The notes under the pieces are model-generated. The model was not told the DNA's origin and did not search any database. It saw only the letters and a program-made list of their open reading frames with translations. A stretch of 58,959 bases of DNA from a virus (taxonomy: Duplodnaviria; Caudoviricetes). The position numbers were made by a program, and so were the translations under genes. Position 1 is the first letter of the stretch, and the number at the start of each line of letters is the position of its first letter. The DNA is taken from the IMG/VR virus record IMGVR_UViG_3300030103_000167, positions 1-58,959 of that record; one strand, 5' to 3'. Shown piece after piece: positions 18,989-27,237 of this stretch.

Positions 18989-19313
18989 ATCTTTTTCCCT
19001 CTGCTAATACTCCATTACCTAAATAATAAAACTTACCATCTGTGTTAGAGTCTATGGCATACATATCAGAGCCCTCCCAATTTAACATAATTTTATCTTC
19101 GGTCAGCTGTTTTATTGGATAACCACCATCTTTATTATATTCAATATGTTTTAATTGTTTATCTATGACATTAAACCACAACATCCCATATAAATTTTCT
19201 ACGTGAGTAAAATCTGATAGTGCACCTTTGAAAATATGTATATCTTCAGTCATGCCTACCGACACATCATCGTGTGATATTTCTAAATAAAAATCATATA
19301 TTTTATCACTCAT
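18981..19313 (-). CDS. Early hypothetical protein
   Basis: Coupled ORF. Confidence 0.6.
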   Translation of the reverse strand: MSDKIYDFYLEISHDDVSVGMTEDIHIFKGALSDFTHVENLYGMLWFNVIDKQLKHIEYNKDGGYPIKQLTEDKIMLNWEGSDMYAIDSNTDGKFYYLGNGVLAEGKRYE

Positions 19314-19500
19314 GGTTGTTCACCGTTTTGCTTTTCATCCATGATGTAGTAATATCCATAGCCTCGCGTTTAGCTAATTCAGGATATAGTTCTCGTAGTT
19401 TTGCAGGTGCTCCGAACATATTCATTTGTCCTGATTCTTGCATAAGGTCGAGCATGATAAAATATTTACCATGCTTGTGGTTTTCTTTGTTAGTTTCCAT
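19306..19500 (-). CDS. Small conserved phage protein
   Basis: LDLMQESGQMNMFGA motif; GGGAGG RBS. Confidence 0.65.
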   Translation of the reverse strand: METNKENHKHGKYFIMLDLMQESGQMNMFGAPAKLRELYPELAKREAMDITTSWMKSKTVNNHE

Positions 19501-19970
19501 AACTACCTCCCAATAGTTTTATTTAAATCATCTGTAGGATATCCCATATACCCTAATTGTTTAATAATTCGATGTTTGCTTTTAGTAGACAGTTCGTCCC
19601 AAACATCGCTAGTTATCCATTGAATAACCTCATCTAATCGTTGTTCAGTAGTAAAATTTTCAAACATCTCTTTAGTATCTTTTTCTTCTTGCTTACATTC
19701 GTCGCAAGTAGTGATTATTCTAGGCTCGTAACCTATCAATAAACTACCGCACTCACGACACTCTAAAGTAGCATTATCTAATGCATGACACGGTGAACAT
19801 AGTGTTCCCTCATCAGTATTAATTACATAATAATCTTTTACATCTACGGTATTTTCTGAATACTCGTCTCCACACTGAACACAAGTCCATCCGTCAGGAC
19901 AAGAGCTAACAGCATCTTGTCCAAATAATTTTTCTGTTGAAATACTCATAACTACCTCCCAATAGTTTTA
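19498..19970. repeat. Perfect 24-bp direct repeat flanking one ORF
   Basis: CATAACTACCTCCCAATAGTTTTA at 19498-19521 and 19947-19970. Confidence 0.95.
19503..19949 (-). CDS. Multi-CxxC Zn-binding protein
   Basis: CVQC, CSPC, CREC, CDEC. Confidence 0.6.
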   Translation of the reverse strand: MSISTEKLFGQDAVSSCPDGWTCVQCGDEYSENTVDVKDYYVINTDEGTLCSPCHALDNATLECRECGSLLIGYEPRIITTCDECKQEEKDTKEMFENFTTEQRLDEVIQWITSDVWDELSTKSKHRIIKQLGYMGYPTDDLNKTIGR

Positions 19971-20143
19971 GTATCGTCTAATGTAATATACTGATACGCA
20001 CCTTTATTATAAGCAGGTGCAATCTGTGTCTTACGCTGTTCAGCTAGTCGCTGTGCAGCTTCCTCGCCACACGATGTGCAGGTCGAATAACCTAGTTTCG
20101 CTCGTGCGGTCGGTATTTTATCACGGCATAATGAACATATCAT
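19952..20143 (-). CDS. DksA/TraR-like C4 zinc-finger protein
   Basis: CSLC..IPTAR..LGYSTCTSC. Confidence 0.6.
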   Translation of the reverse strand: MICSLCRDKIPTARAKLGYSTCTSCGEEAAQRLAEQRKTQIAPAYNKGAYQYITLDDTKTIGR

Positions 20144-20176
20144 AATCTTTCTCCTTTCTTAATTAAGCCTATATAT

Positions 20177-20205
20177 AGTATATTTACGAAAAAAGCCAAA
20201 GTAAA
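20177..20205 (-). promoter_or_regulatory. Early-type promoter
   Basis: TTTACT-17-TATACT. Confidence 0.8.
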
Positions 20206-20208
20206 CTA

Positions 20209-20694
20209 CTACCACCATACGTGCATTATCGCACCACGCTCACCAGCAACGCCGAGTAAAGTCGCTAAATCTTTAACTTCGCCTAATGTATATTCAGCCC
20301 AATTATCTACTTGATAAACTATAGTGTCGTCATCAATATCTAAAGGACAGTTTGTATCATTAGGGTCGCTACCAAACACACCATATTCTTCTCTAACAGT
20401 ATGTAAAAATTCTTCTAACGCATTAGCCTGTGCTTTTAGTTCATCGCTTGTAACATATGGTGGGTCATCGTCCTCCGATTTATGCCATATATTACACCCG
20501 TGAAAGTCTTCATCTGACAGACTCATAATCTCATCTATTAAAGGCTCGTATGCCTTACCTCTAAATGAGCCGTCGCTACCGCAACCACTCAACATACCTC
20601 CGCAAAGGCTGATATCTTTTAAGCGTTCATCATCTTTACTAGTAAACGCTTTATCATGGTCGTTACCATGCACTATATAACAATCTAACCCCAT
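20209..20694 (-). CDS. Acidic hypothetical protein
   Basis: MGLD N-terminus, GSFRGKAY, ends in WW; very acidic. Confidence 0.6.
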   Translation of the reverse strand: MGLDCYIVHGNDHDKAFTSKDDERLKDISLCGGMLSGCGSDGSFRGKAYEPLIDEIMSLSDEDFHGCNIWHKSEDDDPPYVTSDELKAQANALEEFLHTVREEYGVFGSDPNDTNCPLDIDDDTIVYQVDNWAEYTLGEVKDLATLLGVAGERGAIMHVWW

Positions 20695-20768
20695 TATATT
20701 CTCCTAATTTCTATAACAATCGCTACAACTATAATAGCTATAGCACTCAAAAACATAAATACTTCCAT
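20694..20768 (-). CDS. 24-aa single-TM peptide (not in ORF track)
   Basis: MEVFMFLSAIAIIVVAIVIEIRRI; GGGGAG RBS; TAATG coupling to the next gene. Confidence 0.6.
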   Translation of the reverse strand: MEVFMFLSAIAIIVVAIVIEIRRI

Positions 20769-20770
20769 AA

Positions 20771-20845
20771 TTAACTCCCCGCTATCATTATTAAAATGGT
20801 TATAGTGAACATCATTGTAGGTAAAATAAATATTTCTACACCCAT
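20771..20845 (-). CDS. 24-aa single-TM peptide (not in ORF track)
   Basis: MGVEIFILPTMMFTITILIMIAGS; GGAGG RBS. Confidence 0.55.
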   Translation of the reverse strand: MGVEIFILPTMMFTITILIMIAGS

Positions 20846-20847
20846 GA

Positions 20848-21042
20848 TTAGCCCTCCATTATTGCAATACGTGCAGGTATGACAACTGTCATATTACACT
20901 CGTTACAACATCTGCCGTTATTGATAGGCTCGGCGTTATTACCACCTTCCCATACAACCTCACCTTTATCGTTTCGTAAAGGCTCGATATGTCCTTCGCA
21001 AATAGAACATTTGCGGTCTTCAAGTTTAGTTATATTATCCAT
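20848..21042 (-). CDS. Small Zn-binding protein
   Basis: CSIC...GNNAEP...GRCCNECN. Confidence 0.65.
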   Translation of the reverse strand: MDNITKLEDRKCSICEGHIEPLRNDKGEVVWEGGNNAEPINNGRCCNECNMTVVIPARIAIMEG

Positions 21043-21074
21043 AATTTCTCCTTTCTAATTTTTTTACTATAAAT

Positions 21075-21103
21075 AGTTTAGTTACCAACAAAACGAATGT
21101 AAA
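21075..21103 (-). promoter_or_regulatory. Early-type promoter
   Basis: TTTACA-17 (ending GGTAAC)-TAAACT. Confidence 0.75.
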
Positions 21104-21110
21104 GCAAAAG

Positions 21111-21490
21111 GCGGACTGTAGAATGATATGAATAGTTAGAATGGAGCATCCTACAGCCCTAGAGAGTTTCGCTTTGCATTTGTTTTCAGCTCTCTTAAAA
21201 ATGTTCAGAGGGTAAAGTCAGAACAAGGCAGTGCCGTAACACCTTAAATCCCTCCATCGCCAATGTAGAGGTTCTAGCTCTACGACAATTAGTTAATATT
21301 GAACCGCTCTATAGCCCGAGTGTCGTGTGCTGTAAATTACGACCTTTTACTCCTCACAATCGCAGTATCAATAAAGTCTTCAAACCCAACAATACACTCC
21401 TTACAGTGACGGGAAGCCTAACTGTCCCATTATGTATTGTCTTTCCTGTTCTTCAGGGCTTTAGGCTGTCCAATGGGTTTCCTAAAGCGA
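21111..21490 (-). ncRNA. Candidate structured ncRNA / hairpin array
   Basis: About 380 nt with no credible ORF, more GC-rich than its flanks, consecutive stems e.g. GGGCTGTAG/CTACAGTCC, AGAGAG/CTCTCT, GTAGAG/CTCTAC, GCTTTAGG/CCTAAAGC. Confidence 0.5.
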
Positions 21491-21501
21491 CTTTACCAAA
21501 A

Positions 21502-21840
21502 TCAATCTTTCTTAAATAATCCGTCCTCCAATTTTCCTGTGCGGTCTTTTATTTCATCCCACACATGTTCTAAACACTCTTCTAGCGTCATATTATGTTG
21601 TGCTGCTAATACAATCAACACCACTACACAATCACCAATACCATCCATAACTCCTTGTGAATCTTTATAGGCTATAGCTTTAACAGTTTCACCTACTTCT
21701 TCCATAAGTTTCATCGTTTGTGCTTGAACATCATTATAATTATACGCATAATTATCGATACTTCTTATATTTGGTTCAGCAACTAATAAGCCACGTTCTT
21801 CAGCCCATTCTTCTACTTGTTTTATTTTATCATCTCTCAT
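21502..21840 (-). CDS. mazG: MazG-like nucleotide pyrophosphohydrolase
   Basis: WAEERG...KLMEEVGE...DGIGD...EIKDRTG. Confidence 0.85.
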   Translation of the reverse strand: MRDDKIKQVEEWAEERGLLVAEPNIRSIDNYAYNYNDVQAQTMKLMEEVGETVKAIAYKDSQGVMDGIGDCVVVLIVLAAQHNMTLEECLEHVWDEIKDRTGKLEDGLFKKD

Positions 21841-21870
21841 AGTCTACCTCTAAATATATACCTAAGTGCA

Positions 21871-22128
21871 TTAATCGCTTTTTTGCTCAGGTGTCTTAAA
21901 TGTTTTGGTATCGGTTGGGGGATACATTTCTTCTCCCCACTTTTTGATTTGTTCGGTTGCTGCTTCATAAAACACTCCTTTATCATGTTCTCTTGTAAGT
22001 CTTGCTAATACTACTTGAACTTGCCATTCTTGCAAATGAGGTAGAATCTTTTTAATATCTTCTATAGTAATTCTAACACCTAATTCAAGATGTGATAGCC
22101 TTCTATATGTATTAATTACTACCTTCAT
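21871..22128 (-). CDS. Hypothetical protein
   Basis: Coupled ORF. Confidence 0.55.
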   Translation of the reverse strand: MKVVINTYRRLSHLELGVRITIEDIKKILPHLQEWQVQVVLARLTREHDKGVFYEAATEQIKKWGEEMYPPTDTKTFKTPEQKSD

Positions 22129-22324
22129 CTTTTTGCCTATCTAATCTAGTATCGATATTCATCAACATCATAATAGAGTTTTGCGTATGAGCGTGATGTA
22201 AGGCTTGGATAATATTTGTCCAAGCATGTTGGACTCTATCTTTAGAGTTTTCATCATCACTTATATCACAATAAAAATTAATTATTCTTTTTATAGTGTT
22301 TACGTCTTTACTTTCGACTAACAT
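22112..22324 (-). CDS. Hypothetical protein
   Basis: Coupled ORF. Confidence 0.55.
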   Translation of the reverse strand: MLVESKDVNTIKRIINFYCDISDDENSKDRVQHAWTNIIQALHHAHTQNSIMMLMNIDTRLDRQKDEGSN

Positions 22325-22325
22325 A

Positions 22326-22616
22326 TTAATACCCCCTACTCATGTGTTCGTAGCAGTTTTTACCATTTAACGATAAAGGTAAACCACATAAACATTTATC
22401 TTCGCTACCATAATAAACATCAAACCATACTTCGAAAAAGTGGCTAACATCAGCAACTGTGATTTTCTTATAAGGTTCGTATATCCTATGGTAATCCCAT
22501 ATAGCTGAAGATACGAACTTATATGCTCGTAATCTATCTTCATCTGACATATCTAAATAGTATGTTAACCTACTGATATGCCGTAATGTTTCGTCTAATA
22601 CTGTTTGTAAATTCAT
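22326..22616 (-). CDS. Hypothetical protein with C-terminal CxC...C..H Zn motif
   Basis: CLCG...CYEHMSRGY; conserved RBS. Confidence 0.6.
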   Translation of the reverse strand: MNLQTVLDETLRHISRLTYYLDMSDEDRLRAYKFVSSAIWDYHRIYEPYKKITVADVSHFFEVWFDVYYGSEDKCLCGLPLSLNGKNCYEHMSRGY

Positions 22617-22746
22617 ATATTCTCCTTTCTAAAATTGGGTGTGTGCTGAGTGGGTCTTTCTCAGTTTTGCATGCGTATCAACCTCTCACACACCCTTTGT
22701 AGCTGTGGTCAAAAATAATAAAATTCCACAGCTAAAACTTACTAAT

Positions 22747-22775
22747 AGTTTACTTACCATAAACGCCAAAGTAAA
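22747..22775 (-). promoter_or_regulatory. Early-type promoter
   Basis: TTTACT-17 (ending GGTAAG)-TAAACT. Confidence 0.75.
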
Positions 22776-22778
22776 GCA

Positions 22779-23282
22779 CTAATAATATCCCCCGAATCCC
22801 ATCGCAGGTTCATCAAACCAAGCTGTAATAGATACACCCATATCTTCAGTATAGATTTTACGCAAGGCTTCGATTACTGGTTCAGGTGGCGACCAAGCTG
22901 TGCTAAAAGTATACACTAGGTTACAATCATCACTGTGGTCTTCACAGTAATAACTATTCCATTTAGTCCCCCAATTAACTACATTCCAATGATACCACCT
23001 ATCGTCGTTTTTACCTGTGCTGGCAAACTTCCAAAATTCACCTATTTCTTCAGGAAAACTATCATCTTTAATAGGTAACTCACCTACTTCACCACGAGAC
23101 TCATCAGCCCCAAGCCAAGACTTTTCTTTACCTGTTAAAGGTGTTTTTTGCCAATTAGGTGCTGGAACAATATTATTAAAATCAAAACAATTTTTATCAG
23201 ACGCAAGAAACTTTTGTATTTCTTTCGCTTGTTCTACTGTTTTACAATGTATTTCTACACGATTATCACAATGATTTGGCAT
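22779..23282 (-). CDS. DUF1281/YubB ferredoxin-like fold protein
   Basis: MPNHCDN...FDFNNIVP...WYHWNVVNWGTKWN...FSTAWSPP. Confidence 0.8.
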   Translation of the reverse strand: MPNHCDNRVEIHCKTVEQAKEIQKFLASDKNCFDFNNIVPAPNWQKTPLTGKEKSWLGADESRGEVGELPIKDDSFPEEIGEFWKFASTGKNDDRWYHWNVVNWGTKWNSYYCEDHSDDCNLVYTFSTAWSPPEPVIEALRKIYTEDMGVSITAWFDEPAMGFGGYY

Positions 23283-23291
23283 AATATCCTC

Positions 23292-23516
23292 CTAGTCTAG
23301 TAAAACCATATAGGCTTCAGGTTCATGTTGTCTAAACCAATCAAGTCCTACGCGGACACCATCGTATAGTTTCATTGCCTCACTACCTTTAATCATGTCG
23401 TATACTGCTACGGCATCAGGTTGTAGTGTGACCTTCTCACCAGAATATGGGTTTGTTACCTCTACTGGTTCTTTATCAAGTATTTGTAAGCCCTTCGGCA
23501 AAGTTCTAGTATTCAT
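23292..23516 (-). CDS. Small conserved phage protein
   Basis: NPYSGE...AVYDMIKG...GLDWF...AYMVLLD. Confidence 0.65.
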   Translation of the reverse strand: MNTRTLPKGLQILDKEPVEVTNPYSGEKVTLQPDAVAVYDMIKGSEAMKLYDGVRVGLDWFRQHEPEAYMVLLD

Positions 23517-23548
23517 AACTTTCTCCTTTCTTAATTAGTTATATAACT

Positions 23549-23577
23549 ACTTTACTTACCATTTACAGCAAAGTAAA
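23549..23577 (-). promoter_or_regulatory. Early-type promoter
   Basis: TTTACT-17 (ending GGTAAG)-TAAAGT. Confidence 0.7.
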
Positions 23578-23583
23578 GCAAGG

Positions 23584-23787
23584 TTATTCCATTGCTTTTT
23601 CATTAAACATAGTATCGATAGTATCAATCACACAATTAATAAAATCAGCTTGATCCCAGTTAATATCTGACTTTTCTAAAACACCATCAGCCATATTAGG
23701 GACTACAACATTGTTGAGTTTACGAGCTAGTGCGATAGCATTAGTTTCTACAACAGTGCCATCATGTTTTGTTATCGTGATTTCCAT
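23584..23787 (-). CDS. Hypothetical protein
   Basis: AGGAG RBS. Confidence 0.55.
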   Translation of the reverse strand: MEITITKHDGTVVETNAIALARKLNNVVVPNMADGVLEKSDINWDQADFINCVIDTIDTMFNEKAME

Positions 23788-23967
23788 ATTTTACTCCTAT
23801 AAATAAAGTGTAGTGATAGACCGAGATATAGAGAAAAACCAATCTATCACTACTGGTGTGGCTCACGTGTGACGGTTCCTAGCACTTATTCACGTTTTAT
23901 CTCAGACCGACATCTACATTTCTGCAGTCAGGATTTACAGAGCTCGTTCTCTTGCCACGTTTCCAAA

Positions 23968-24339
23968 TTATACTTCAGATAAAAAGCCTTCGCTTACTAA
24001 TCTATCTTTGTAGAATCTGAAAATTCTAAGAGGGTCTTGGCATGTAGACAAGAATCCTCTTTTTACAGCTAATGCTACTAAATCTTGAGCAGTAAAACCA
24101 GTTTTATCTAGCTCAGTCTTTTTAGCTTCATTAATTGTTTGTAATAGAGCATACATCTGCGGTGTAAAACCAGTTTGCTCAGGCATAGTGCCACTGAACT
24201 TGTAGTTTTTTCTCGCTGCACCTCTAGTTTTTGCGACAGGCTTTGGCACTTTTGTTACTTGTGCTTTGCTTATAGGCTTGTCTGCAACAACCTTTGGCGG
24301 CATACTCTTAGATTTCGAAGTTGTAGTTGCTGTTCGCAT
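23968..24339 (-). CDS. Hypothetical protein, possible winged-helix; paralog of 16237-16530
   Basis: FTPQ...TCQDPLRIFRFYKDRLVSEGFL; basic N-terminal tail. Confidence 0.65.
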   Translation of the reverse strand: MRTATTTSKSKSMPPKVVADKPISKAQVTKVPKPVAKTRGAARKNYKFSGTMPEQTGFTPQMYALLQTINEAKKTELDKTGFTAQDLVALAVKRGFLSTCQDPLRIFRFYKDRLVSEGFLSEV

Positions 24340-24393
24340 ATCTTTCTCCTTTCTAATGTTAATATTTCCTGCTTTATAGCAGAACCAACCTTA

Positions 24394-24422
24394 ATAATAG
24401 TTATGAACTTCACGAATGTAAA
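24394..24422 (-). promoter_or_regulatory. Early-type promoter
   Basis: TTTACA-17-TATTAT. Confidence 0.7.
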
Positions 24423-24434
24423 GCAACAATATCA

Positions 24435-24728
24435 TTAAGCGATACGCCAGACTCTAATACCAGACACTTCTACCAATGTAGGGTTTGAAGGGTCAGATAC
24501 TTCTTCAAGTCTATAACGCAATACAAACTTCCAATCGGGCTGATGTTTTTTACAAAAAGTCCGAGTAGATTGTTGTAATCTGTTTTTAGCACGTTGTGCA
24601 TTATCATTTTCTTTTAACGGTATGAATACCGAATCACCAACTTCCATTTTATCCCATGGTCGTTGAGAAGAACTACCCCTGATATCTTCAGGGATAGGTA
24701 TATTCTTTTGAATTTTAAAGTTTTCCAT
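24435..24728 (-). CDS. Small putative DNA-binding protein
   Basis: IQKNIPIP...PWDKMEVGDSVFIP...GIRVWRI, a widespread phage family. Confidence 0.65.
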   Translation of the reverse strand: MENFKIQKNIPIPEDIRGSSSQRPWDKMEVGDSVFIPLKENDNAQRAKNRLQQSTRTFCKKHQPDWKFVLRYRLEEVSDPSNPTLVEVSGIRVWRIA

Positions 24729-24946
24729 TAGTGTATGTCCTCTAATTTAATAAGTTCGTTATCTTCTAAATACTTTTTCCAAAACCAAAAAATAACTGCA
24801 GGGTCTGTCACCCCCTCCAGTTGTTGACAGCCTTGTGCAATCATGAGGTCAGCTAGTTCTTGTGCTAACTCATTTTCGTGTGCTTTACTAAACACAGCCT
24901 CCCACACTCTGCCTAGCAGAAGTGCGGGTATTCTGTATTCGTCCAC
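24728..24946 (-). CDS. Hypothetical protein
   Basis: Coupled ORF (GTG start). Confidence 0.5.
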   Translation of the reverse strand: MDEYRIPALLLGRVWEAVFSKAHENELAQELADLMIAQGCQQLEGVTDPAVIFWFWKKYLEDNELIKLEDIH

Positions 24947-25971
24947 TATGCAGCCCTCGATAGAGCCATATCTAGTGCTTTAGCTTTTCTATTAGCCCCT
25001 GCACCAAACCAAGCACTGTGTAAAGCATTACCTTTTACTTGCGAAGTCCTAAGATGGTCTTCGACATAAGTAACTGCATTAAATGCACCCCACCATGTAT
25101 CTTTAGCTGATTTAAGGTTTGCACCTGGAGAGTTGTAATACCCTTCCATAGCTAATGTAGGAAACTTATTAAGTTTCTCTGCTAGTGGTTCTTGTATACC
25201 GATTGCTTTACCGTCTTGACGCATTTTTTCTTCGAGTTTATACTGCATAAGCATATCTGGTTGATATATTTCTGCAACATAGTCGATTACGTCAGAATGT
25301 TTAGCTTTCGCTTTAGATAGAGTTGTAGCATATTGCTGAAACTCTTGCATTTTAGCTTCCGATAGACCTAATGCTTCTTTTGCAGTTTTAGCAACTTCGT
25401 CATTGAAATCTCTAACATGAGGCACTCTAAAGTGATTACCTGCTTGTTCAAGAGCCAATGTAAGTGTGTTATTGCAAACTACTCTTATAGGCGTTAGTTT
25501 TATCGTCATCGATTTACCTGCTACATGTGGTTGATTAATTAAGAGATAACCCTTAACCTCATCACCACCTACAAGTTCAAAGTCATTTGAGATTTTAGCT
25601 AAACCCCAAATTTCTTTGCCGTTTCTTAAACTACCTGCAGTTTCCATAGTCATCTGACCAGCTTCTGTAAATTGTTTAAAAAACTCAAACACTCTCTCAT
25701 TTTGAAAAGGAACATAGTTCTTTCCACAATGTGAAAGTATTGTATTATCACTGTCACGAACAATGTGAAAAGTATCTTCAGCTTGAATCAACTCTACATT
25801 TTCGGTCCAGTCTGGAGTAGCAAGAGTATAACTTGGACGTTTACTAACAGTCCAGTTTAGCTCTGCTGCCTCCAGCATTTGTAATGGTGTGAGGTTAGAG
25901 TCCACTTTAACACCTAATTTGTGCCAAGGTATGTCGTTCGCCCACGCCATTGTTTCTACGTTATGTGCCAT
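24946..25971 (-). CDS. DUF932 (LGT_TIGR03299) family protein
   Basis: MAHNVETMA...PWHKLG...YVPFQN...ETAGSL...TPIRVVCNNTL...TWWGAFNAVT. Confidence 0.9.
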   Translation of the reverse strand: MAHNVETMAWANDIPWHKLGVKVDSNLTPLQMLEAAELNWTVSKRPSYTLATPDWTENVELIQAEDTFHIVRDSDNTILSHCGKNYVPFQNERVFEFFKQFTEAGQMTMETAGSLRNGKEIWGLAKISNDFELVGGDEVKGYLLINQPHVAGKSMTIKLTPIRVVCNNTLTLALEQAGNHFRVPHVRDFNDEVAKTAKEALGLSEAKMQEFQQYATTLSKAKAKHSDVIDYVAEIYQPDMLMQYKLEEKMRQDGKAIGIQEPLAEKLNKFPTLAMEGYYNSPGANLKSAKDTWWGAFNAVTYVEDHLRTSQVKGNALHSAWFGAGANRKAKALDMALSRAA

Positions 25972-26027
25972 ATAATTTCTCCTTTCTGATAGTTCATATG
26001 GTCGTAAGCCCCACGCTTACCTTTTAA

Positions 26028-26056
26028 ATAGTATATAGCAGTATTACGAAAGTAAA
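26028..26056 (-). promoter_or_regulatory. Early-type promoter overlapping the end of the upstream gene
   Basis: TTTACT-17-TACTAT. Confidence 0.75.
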
Positions 26057-26436
26057 GCACGACTAAGAGCATCCCATTCGTAAGGAATCTCTAATAACAA
26101 ATCAGGTGGACAAGTTAAACCATTGTCTACAAGTTCAATAATATCGTCTTTGACCTGTATGTGATAGAGATAGAGTTTATTAAGTTTTCTAACTAATACA
26201 AAAACTCTGCCACCATGTGCAACTCTACGAGCTATCCAAGATACTTGCATAACTCTCAAAGGTATTTTATTAGAATTCAAACTTACATCTTTTAATTCTA
26301 ACCAAAACTCTACACCTGCATAACAACCGTTAACGTCAGGCACACCTGAACCAGTCATACCTGTTTCGATACGTTGTAAATGAAAATCTTTTAAATTATC
26401 TCTTATTAAGAGCCAGAGATTCTTTTCTTTAGCCAT
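26044..26436 (-). CDS. PD-(D/E)xK nuclease, Holliday junction resolvase / VRR-NUC-like
   Basis: RIE...GVPDV...FWLELK...Q..W...GG. Confidence 0.8.
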   Translation of the reverse strand: MAKEKNLWLLIRDNLKDFHLQRIETGMTGSGVPDVNGCYAGVEFWLELKDVSLNSNKIPLRVMQVSWIARRVAHGGRVFVLVRKLNKLYLYHIQVKDDIIELVDNGLTCPPDLLLEIPYEWDALSRALLS

Positions 26437-27056
26437 TCTTCATGTCTGAATAAATCTGGTTTTCTAACGTTTTGTTCATAATATTTTTTTGAATAAGCTG
26501 CACGTTTTTTCCTAACTTCTTTATTAGTTCTATATTTTTCTTTTGCTCTTTTGTTTATTTTATTTTTATTTTCCATTACATATTTTTTATTTTTATTACG
26601 CATACCCACTTTTTGGTCTTCTGTTAAATTAGCTAGATATTTTTTAGACCGTAAAGTTTCATAAGATACGTCATGGTGTTTATTGTATTCTTCTACAAAT
26701 GCTTCTAAACCTGCTATAACAACTTTAGCTTCGTGTTCATTTCTATCTTGCACATATTGTTCATGGTTAGCCTCAGCTATAGCAAATATATCTGGGTCAA
26801 CATGGTAGTCATCAACTGCGAATCTACCATTACCTGTAACATGCGTTTCGTCATATTTGATAGAGCTTTCAACTGTAGTTAAACCTCTGGGTCCACCTGC
26901 CCATCCGTCTAAATCTTTATAAACATCTTTTCTAGCTAAACAATTAGCTTTAATTAAACATTTTCTACTACAAAATTTTCTTTGTTTACCTGTAAGTGGG
27001 TTATCACATTTCGGTAAAGCACATCGTAGGTATGTTACTTTCTCTTTTTTAGACAT
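26406..27056 (-). CDS. Zn-finger protein with basic helical C-terminus (start corrected to 27056)
   Basis: CALPKC...RKFCSRKC; ATG lies 7 nt from the -10 box. Confidence 0.55.
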   Translation of the reverse strand: MSKKEKVTYLRCALPKCDNPLTGKQRKFCSRKCLIKANCLARKDVYKDLDGWAGGPRGLTTVESSIKYDETHVTGNGRFAVDDYHVDPDIFAIAEANHEQYVQDRNEHEAKVVIAGLEAFVEEYNKHHDVSYETLRSKKYLANLTEDQKVGMRNKNKKYVMENKNKINKRAKEKYRTNKEVRKKRAAYSKKYYEQNVRKPDLFRHEEWLKKRISGS

Positions 27057-27062
27057 ACCTAT

Positions 27063-27091
27063 AGGGTAAAGTAGATTTAAGACAAAGTAAA
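27063..27091 (-). promoter_or_regulatory. Early-type promoter (probably leaderless transcript)
   Basis: GCTTTACTTTG -35, 17 nt, TACCCT. Confidence 0.55.
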
Positions 27092-27237
27092 GCAGTAATA
27101 CGGGCAAAATAGCGTTTTACTAATTCTAAGACGATATAAGCCTTGACACAACCTTCTAATCCGATAGCCTTAACTACCTCGTCAAAACGCCTTAGGTGGC
27201 GTCTGGTGAGACCGATTTTTCCGATTTAGTTAAAATT

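Noticed and set aside
21290-21345. tRNA-like GGTTCAAT on the minus strand
   Set aside because: No T-stem, acceptor stem or cloverleaf could be built
23855-23962. Hammerhead ribozyme
   Set aside because: The CUGAnGA and GAAA core is not correctly placed between three helices
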